From: Myxococcota bacterium
Lineage (GTDB): Bacteria; Myxococcota_A; UBA796; GCA-2862545
Assembly (NCBI GenBank): GCA_039208735.1
Contig: JBCCQY010000203.1
Span: 1-13,586, forward strand
Direction of reading: 5' to 3'
DNA length: 13,586 nucleotides
A model generated the notes under the pieces. The model was not told where the DNA came from. It did no database searches and saw only the letters and a list, made by a program, of their open reading frames with translations. Of the stretch, positions 8,859 through 13,586 are shown in pieces. A program made the position numbers and the translations under genes. How positions within the stretch are numbered: position 1 is the first letter of the stretch; every line of letters starts with the position of its first letter.

Positions 8859-9731
8859 TCAGAACAGCCCGAGCTGGGCCTGCGCTCGTTTGCGGGGTCC
8901 TGAAGGATCCCACTCGATCTTCCGGCCTCGCAGCTCGCCCACGTCAAACGCCCAACAGCCGTCCCCGTCGTCGATGAACACGAGGTGGCCCACCGCCCCA
9001 ACGACTTTGCCTTCGACGACCCGATCATCTTCGATGCGGAGTTCTTGGATCGCGCGCTGCCGGGAGCGCTTGGCGATGTCGGGCTGCTCGACCCACACCG
9101 GCTCATGCAGATGGCCGTGGTACTCGCGGGGCAAAGCTTCGTGAAGTGCGGCGGCAGCCCGAGCCACATGGGTCCTGGCTTCTTCCTCGGTCATCGCCGC
9201 CTGCAGCAGCACCGTTTTGCGCTGGCGTCGCATCGTCTCGGTGAAGCCCGCTTCGACGAGCAGGTGCTCCATCCGCTTGATGCTTGGACCATCGGCCTCG
9301 GCCACCCGCATTGCAGCGAGCGGGCCTTGCTCAATCACCCGCTGGTCCCTTCGATGATGGCTGGCCGTTCCCACCTTCAAGGTCCGAGAACCGAAACAGG
9401 CAAGGTAGAGGTGGTGGGTGCCCTGACAGTACGACCGCATCTTCGCGGTGAGGCGCGGACAGCGAAACCCGTTGCAGGTCATGCAGGGGCGAAATGCATC
9501 CTGCAGCTGACAGGCCTCACATTGGCGGCCCTTGGTCAACTCGGCCTGATGGGGACAGGGCCGAAGGGCACGCCCATCATGAAACCCGGTGCAAAATCGC
9601 CCCGGCGTGACGCGGAACGCAAGCGTTCCTACGAGTTCGCGGTTCGTGTAGCGGTCGGTGTCCGACCAGGTGCGCAGCTGGACGGTGTCTTCATTCCACG
9701 TCCAGCCGACAACCAACGCGTGCAAAGGCAT
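8859..9731 (-). CDS. DUF2797 family protein (Cys-rich putative Zn-binding region)
   Basis: Cys pattern RFCTG..RPCP..QCEAC..PCMTC..RCP..YC, followed by HHLYLACFG...KVGT....R.IEQG, typical of DUF2797. Start is uncertain: ATG 9731 is preferred over GTG 9803. Confidence 0.85.
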   Translation of the reverse strand: MPLHALVVGWTWNEDTVQLRTWSDTDRYTNRELVGTLAFRVTPGRFCTGFHDGRALRPCPHQAELTKGRQCEACQLQDAFRPCMTCNGFRCPRLTAKMRSYCQGTHHLYLACFGSRTLKVGTASHHRRDQRVIEQGPLAAMRVAEADGPSIKRMEHLLVEAGFTETMRRQRKTVLLQAAMTEEEARTHVARAAAALHEALPREYHGHLHEPVWVEQPDIAKRSRQRAIQELRIEDDRVVEGKVVGAVGHLVFIDDGDGCWAFDVGELRGRKIEWDPSGPRKRAQAQLGLF

Positions 9732-9818
9732 GTCGTTCGCCGTATCGAGGTCTTGCCACCCTCGCGAGAGGCGGCTTCGCGATAGGACACCGCCGTGTGT
9801 CACGACAGGGGGTTCTTG

Positions 9819-10649
9819 GTGGTCGGCTGGTGGTGGATCTCAGGGTGTGGGCTGTTCGGTACGACCCAGCCCGTCGATGCCTACATCGATCGGATCTCAA
9901 TTACGTCGAACGAACTCAGTCGCACCGCGTTTCTGCACGTGCCACCTGGCAATCCACTAACTCCCCGCCCGCTTTGGGTGGTGCTCCACGGTTCGACCTA
10001 CGACGATCCGGCGCGGGGAAGAGCCGCGGCAGCTCGTTGGATTGACGTGCTCAACCGCGACGCCTTCTTCGTATTCCCCGAATCAAAGACCTACGCCGCC
10101 GACCCCGAGCTGCCCTGGGATGGGCCGTGGGGAAGCCATCAGTACCGCGATCTGGTATTCCTTCGCGACCTCATCGATACGGTGAGCAAAGATCACGCCG
10201 TCGATCCGCGTCGTGTCTACCTGGTGGGCAACGGGGTCGCGGTCGGGCTGACCGCCTGGGCGCAATGCGTGGATCCGAAACGGTACGCGGGCTTTGCCTT
10301 CGTGGACGGCGTGATTCCGGACGTCGTTCGAGAGCGGTGTACCCCGACCATCCGACGGCCGGTCATTGCCCTTCACGAGGACCCTGCACTGGCCGACGGC
10401 GAGTGGCGGTCTTGGCTCCTCAAGGGCCACCAGTGCACCGAAGAACCCATCGCGACCCCAGTGGCGGAGGGCCCCGACAAGAGCCGGGGTAAAGGCCGTC
10501 AGCACGATTGCTGGACCGTGCCGTCCATCGAGCTGTGGACGCTCGGCCCAAGCGACCATTGCTTGCCTCGCGACAAGCCCCCGTGCGACTGGGTGGGCCC
10601 TGCGGTCGTGGGGAATTACTTCGACCGCTTCGTGCCGGAGGCGCCATGA
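9819..10649 (+). CDS. LpqP/PHB-depolymerase-like alpha/beta-hydrolase-fold lipoprotein lacking the nucleophile Ser (probable pseudoenzyme)
   Basis: Motifs LHVP...RPLWVVLHGS, FVFPE, DLVFLRDLIDTV...VDPRRVYLVG and conserved Cys positions. The elbow reads G-N-G-V-A rather than G-x-S-N-G. Likely start GTG 9819 after AGGGGG 9807-9812, giving MVGWWWISG-C. Confidence 0.75.
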   Translation: MVGWWWISGCGLFGTTQPVDAYIDRISITSNELSRTAFLHVPPGNPLTPRPLWVVLHGSTYDDPARGRAAAARWIDVLNRDAFFVFPESKTYAADPELPWDGPWGSHQYRDLVFLRDLIDTVSKDHAVDPRRVYLVGNGVAVGLTAWAQCVDPKRYAGFAFVDGVIPDVVRERCTPTIRRPVIALHEDPALADGEWRSWLLKGHQCTEEPIATPVAEGPDKSRGKGRQHDCWTVPSIELWTLGPSDHCLPRDKPPCDWVGPAVVGNYFDRFVPEAP

Positions 10650-11632
10650 CTTCCCCCGAGCAGCTCCTTTTTGCCCGGGTGCGCGGCCTGCCCATCCGTC
10701 GACCCACCAACGATCGCGGCGACCGTTTGGAACGAGATGCGGCATGGATGCTCCGCATCGCCGCGGTGACCCAACCCGCGCTCGACCCGTTCGTCCGCAC
10801 GGCAGATCGTTCTCGCGCGAACATGTTGAAGTCGGTGCGGCTTGTCCACGGCCCCCGTCGCAAGCTGGCAAGCGTCCTCGACGCCACGCTCGCGGGCTGC
10901 CCGGTTCGCATGTACGATCCGGGTCCCAAGGCCCACGGCACGCTGCTCTACTTTCACGGGGGCGGCTGGGTGAGCGGTGACCTCGACACCCATGACCATC
11001 TGTGTCGTCGCCTGGCCGCGGACGGTGAGCAGCGCGTGATCGCGGTGCACTACCGACGAGCGCCGGAGCACCCCTTTCCCACGCCCGTCAACGACGCGGT
11101 GGCTACATTTCGGGCCCTCGCCGCCACCGAGGGGCCCCACGTGGCCATCGGGGGCGACTCTGCGGGAGGGAACCTCGCGGCGGTCGCAAGCCAGGTCGTT
11201 CGTGACGAAGGCGATGCCATCCAACCTTGGTTTCAGCTGCTCATCTACCCGGCGACAGACTTTCGACGCGTCACCGGCAGCCACCGGGCCCTTGAGGTGG
11301 GCTACCTCCTCGAGAAGGACGACCTCGACTTCTACCAGGGCTGCTACGCCCCCGACGTCCTCCATCGCAGGGCCTCCCCCTTGTTGCACCCCGATCTGGC
11401 CAACCTGGCACCGGCCATCGTGGTCAGCGCGGGCTTCGACCCCCTCCGCGACGACGCCGAGCAATACGCCGAGGCCCTGATCCGACACGGCGGCACCGTC
11501 GACGACCTTCGGTTTCCCGGACTGCTCCATGGATTCGTCAACATGGACGGCGCGTTGCCCAGCGCTGACGCCGCGATGCGCGTCATCACCGAGGCGTGCA
11601 TCCGCCGATGGGCGACGATACCCTCGGCCTGA
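10646..11632 (+). CDS. HSL-family (family IV, Abhydrolase_3) carboxylesterase/lipase
   Basis: HGGG at 10955, YRRAPEHPFP, GDSAGGNL at 11153, DPLRD (catalytic Asp), HGF (catalytic His). ATG 10646 overlaps the upstream stop (ATGA). Confidence 0.95.
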   Translation: MTSPEQLLFARVRGLPIRRPTNDRGDRLERDAAWMLRIAAVTQPALDPFVRTADRSRANMLKSVRLVHGPRRKLASVLDATLAGCPVRMYDPGPKAHGTLLYFHGGGWVSGDLDTHDHLCRRLAADGEQRVIAVHYRRAPEHPFPTPVNDAVATFRALAATEGPHVAIGGDSAGGNLAAVASQVVRDEGDAIQPWFQLLIYPATDFRRVTGSHRALEVGYLLEKDDLDFYQGCYAPDVLHRRASPLLHPDLANLAPAIVVSAGFDPLRDDAEQYAEALIRHGGTVDDLRFPGLLHGFVNMDGALPSADAAMRVITEACIRRWATIPSA

Positions 11633-11644
11633 CGAGGAGGTCCT

Positions 11645-12046
11645 GTGCGCGCATCCTTCGTGATCCTGGTCGCACTCGCCGGTTGTGACGACCACATCTT
11701 TGGCGAACAGGTGGTTGACCCCGCCACCATGCCCCAAGCCACGGGCCTCGAAGGGGTCGAGCAAATGGTCCAGACCCAGTGCCTGGGCTGCCACAGCAAG
11801 GGCCAAGCCTTGGGCGATCTCAACCTCGAAACGGACCTTGTGGCCGCAACGGTTGACGTGATTGGGTCCTACAACTTGCCCATCGTGCTGCCGGGTGACC
11901 CTGAAAACTCGATGTTCTACCGAAAGATCACCAACACGCAAGACGGACAGGGCTCGGACATGCCTCCAGGCTCCGGAGGCCTCGCGGCTGGCGTGACTGA
12001 CATCGTCTACGACTGGATTGTGAGTCTCGAAGCCCCACCCGAATAG
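11645..12046 (+). CDS. Monoheme c-type cytochrome lipoprotein (Planctomycete cytochrome C-like domain)
   Basis: GAGGAGG immediately upstream. Lipobox LAG-C, heme motif CLGCH 11780-11794, VLPGDPENS..Y.KI, a putative distal Met in DMPP, and IVYDWI near the C-terminus. Confidence 0.88.
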   Translation: MRASFVILVALAGCDDHIFGEQVVDPATMPQATGLEGVEQMVQTQCLGCHSKGQALGDLNLETDLVAATVDVIGSYNLPIVLPGDPENSMFYRKITNTQDGQGSDMPPGSGGLAAGVTDIVYDWIVSLEAPPE

Positions 12047-12096
12047 GGAGGCGGCTCGGCCGTTCGCGGGGGTTACGGCGACCCCGGAGGCGCGAG

Positions 12097-13586
12097 ATGG
12101 CGGAAACGGCAACGGCGACGGTAGGGCCACTCGACACGGTCCCGAAAGCCGACGGGGAGGGGGAACAACCCGCGCCTCAAAGGGGTGGCGTGACGTTCGG
12201 GCGGCTGTTTGGGCTGGCCCGGCCCGAGGCGAGCATTCTCGTCATCGCGACCGCGGCCCTGCTCATCAGCAGCGGACTCGGGCTCGTGTACCCCGTCGCC
12301 GTGCAGTGGATGATCGAGTCCATCAGCGGCGACCAGCCACCCATCGACTTCGATACGGCGGCCATCTTGCTCGTGGTGCTGTTCGCGATCCAATCGGTGT
12401 TCGGCATGGTGCGCGCCTGGCTGTTTACCGTGGCGGGGGAGCGCGTCGTCGCTCGGCTTCGCACCCAGCTGTACGCCGCCATTCTCGGCCAGGACATCTC
12501 GTTCTTCGACAAGTCGCGGACCGGGGAGCTGACGAATCGCCTCGCAAGCGACACCACGGTGCTTCAGAACACCGTCACCGTGAACATGTCCATGGGACTA
12601 CGGTTCACCGCGCAAGCCATCGGAGCCGTCATCATGTTGCTGGTGATGAGCCGCGAACTCACGGGGCTTGCGATGCTCGTCGTGCCGGTCGTCGCCGTCG
12701 GAGCGGCCTTCTACGGACGGTGGATCCAGCGCCTGTCGAAAGAGGTCCAAGACGCCCTTGCGGCCAGCACCGAGGTCGCCGAGGAGAGCATTTCCGGACT
12801 ACGCACGGTGCGCTCCTTCGCGAGAGAGCATCACGAGGTGGAACGCTACGGCAACGCGGTCGACAAAAGCTACCGCCTCGCCGCGCGTCGGGCGCTCGTG
12901 ACGGGCATGTTCGGGGGGACCGCGGGGTTTGCGGGCTACTGTGCCGTGGCACTGGTCGTCTGGTACGGCGGAAACCTCGTCCTCGAAGGCGGCATGACGG
13001 TCGGCGAACTGATCGCATTTCTGCTCTACACCCTGACCGTCGCCTTCTCGATTGGTGCGCTTTCGGGTCTCTACGGCGATTTCATGCGGGCGATTGGCGC
13101 GAGCGAGCGGGTGTTTCAGCTCATCGATCAGACGCCCAAGCTCGAGCGCACGGGGGGCCGGGTGCTGGAGTCGATGGAAGGACGGCTGCGGCTCGACGAC
13201 GTCCACTTCCACTACCCGACCCGTCCGGACATGCCGGTGCTCCAAGGCCTGGACGTCAGTATTGCACCTGGCCAGGTCGTAGCCCTCGTCGGCCCTTCGG
13301 GATCGGGCAAGTCCACCGTGGCGTCGTTGCTCGTTCGATTCTACGATCCTGACCAAGGCACCATCACCATCGACGGGGTGGACCTTCGCGAACTCGACAC
13401 CCAGTGGTGGCGGGAACAGATCGGCCTGGTGAGTCAGGAGCCGGTACTCTTTGCCACCAGCATTGCCGAGAACATTCGGTACGGGCGTCCCGACGCGAGT
13501 GATGAAGCCCTGCGTAAGGCCGCCGAAGCGGCTAACGCCCTTGGCTTTGTCGAGTCGTTCCCCGAAGGCTTCGAGACCTTGGTCGG
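12097..13586 (+). CDS. ABCB-type ABC exporter, fused TMD-NBD (MsbA/Mdl1/ABCB10-like), truncated at the window end
   Basis: GGAGG 12086-12090 and ATG 12097. Frame +1 stays open to the end: GERVVARLR, FFDKSRTGELTNRLASDT, Walker A GPSGSGKST 13291-13317, Q-loop VSQEPVLF. Absent from the ORF track because there is no stop in the window. Confidence 0.95.
   Translation, partial: MAETATATVGPLDTVPKADGEGEQPAPQRGGVTFGRLFGLARPEASILVIATAALLISSGLGLVYPVAVQWMIESISGDQPPIDFDTAAILLVVLFAIQSVFGMVRAWLFTVAGERVVARLRTQLYAAILGQDISFFDKSRTGELTNRLASDTTVLQNTVTVNMSMGLRFTAQAIGAVIMLLVMSRELTGLAMLVVPVVAVGAAFYGRWIQRLSKEVQDALAASTEVAEESISGLRTVRSFAREHHEVERYGNAVDKSYRLAARRALVTGMFGGTAGFAGYCAVALVVWYGGNLVLEGGMTVGELIAFLLYTLTVAFSIGALSGLYGDFMRAIGASERVFQLIDQTPKLERTGGRVLESMEGRLRLDDVHFHYPTRPDMPVLQGLDVSIAPGQVVALVGPSGSGKSTVASLLVRFYDPDQGTITIDGVDLRELDTQWWREQIGLVSQEPVLFATSIAENIRYGRPDASDEALRKAAEAANALGFVESFPEGFETLV

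Noticed and set aside
8985..9785. 266-aa plus-strand ORF
   Set aside because: Antisense to the DUF2797 gene.
9732..9818. Short inverted repeats in the divergent region (CTCGCGAG, GACAC-N6-GTGTC), checked as a possible operator or SOS box for DUF2797
   Set aside because: Too short, with no recognisable LexA or sigma-70 consensus.
12068..12085. Small hairpin GGGGT..ACCCC just upstream of the ABC transporter SD
   Set aside because: Only 5-6 bp of stem and no U-tract. Not enough evidence for a terminator or riboregulator.
10616..12130. 504-aa minus-strand ORF
   Set aside because: Antisense shadow of the esterase and cytochrome c genes, with no recognisable motifs. Such ORFs are common in high-GC DNA.
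12306..13352. 348-aa Arg-rich plus-strand ORF
   Set aside because: Off-frame shadow of the ABC transporter, which is in frame +1.
1..13586. CRISPR arrays, tRNA/rRNA, IS/integrase, phage or defence genes
   Set aside because: No spaced repeats, RNA-gene signatures or such protein motifs were seen. Nearly all of the sequence is explained by the CDSs listed.

Overview
GC-rich, densely coding bacterial chromosomal window. It looks like an uncultured Myxococcota/Deltaproteobacteria-type genome, which is an inference from gene content and signal-peptide style. Gene order: 3' end of trpF, trpB, trpA (+); then three minus-strand genes: a lipoprotein, a Cys-less thioredoxin-like/J-domain protein and a two-domain metallophosphoesterase. 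Next come an AI-2E transporter and a secreted TPR-like protein with a Cys-less TlpA-like domain (+), and a DUF2797 protein (-). The window ends with a probable (+) operon: LpqP/PHB-depolymerase-like lipoprotein lacking the catalytic Ser, intact HSL-family esterase, monoheme cytochrome c lipoprotein, and an ABCB-type exporter truncated by the window end. I found no RNA genes, mobile elements, CRISPR arrays or defence systems, and no single clear-cut novel multi-gene system. The best leads are the DUF2797 protein (Zn-binding Cys cluster, GIY-YIG-like motifs, C-terminal beta-clamp motif QLGLF), several apparent pseudoenzyme domains, and unusually short signal peptides without a basic n-region. 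All family assignments come from motif recognition by eye, not database searches.
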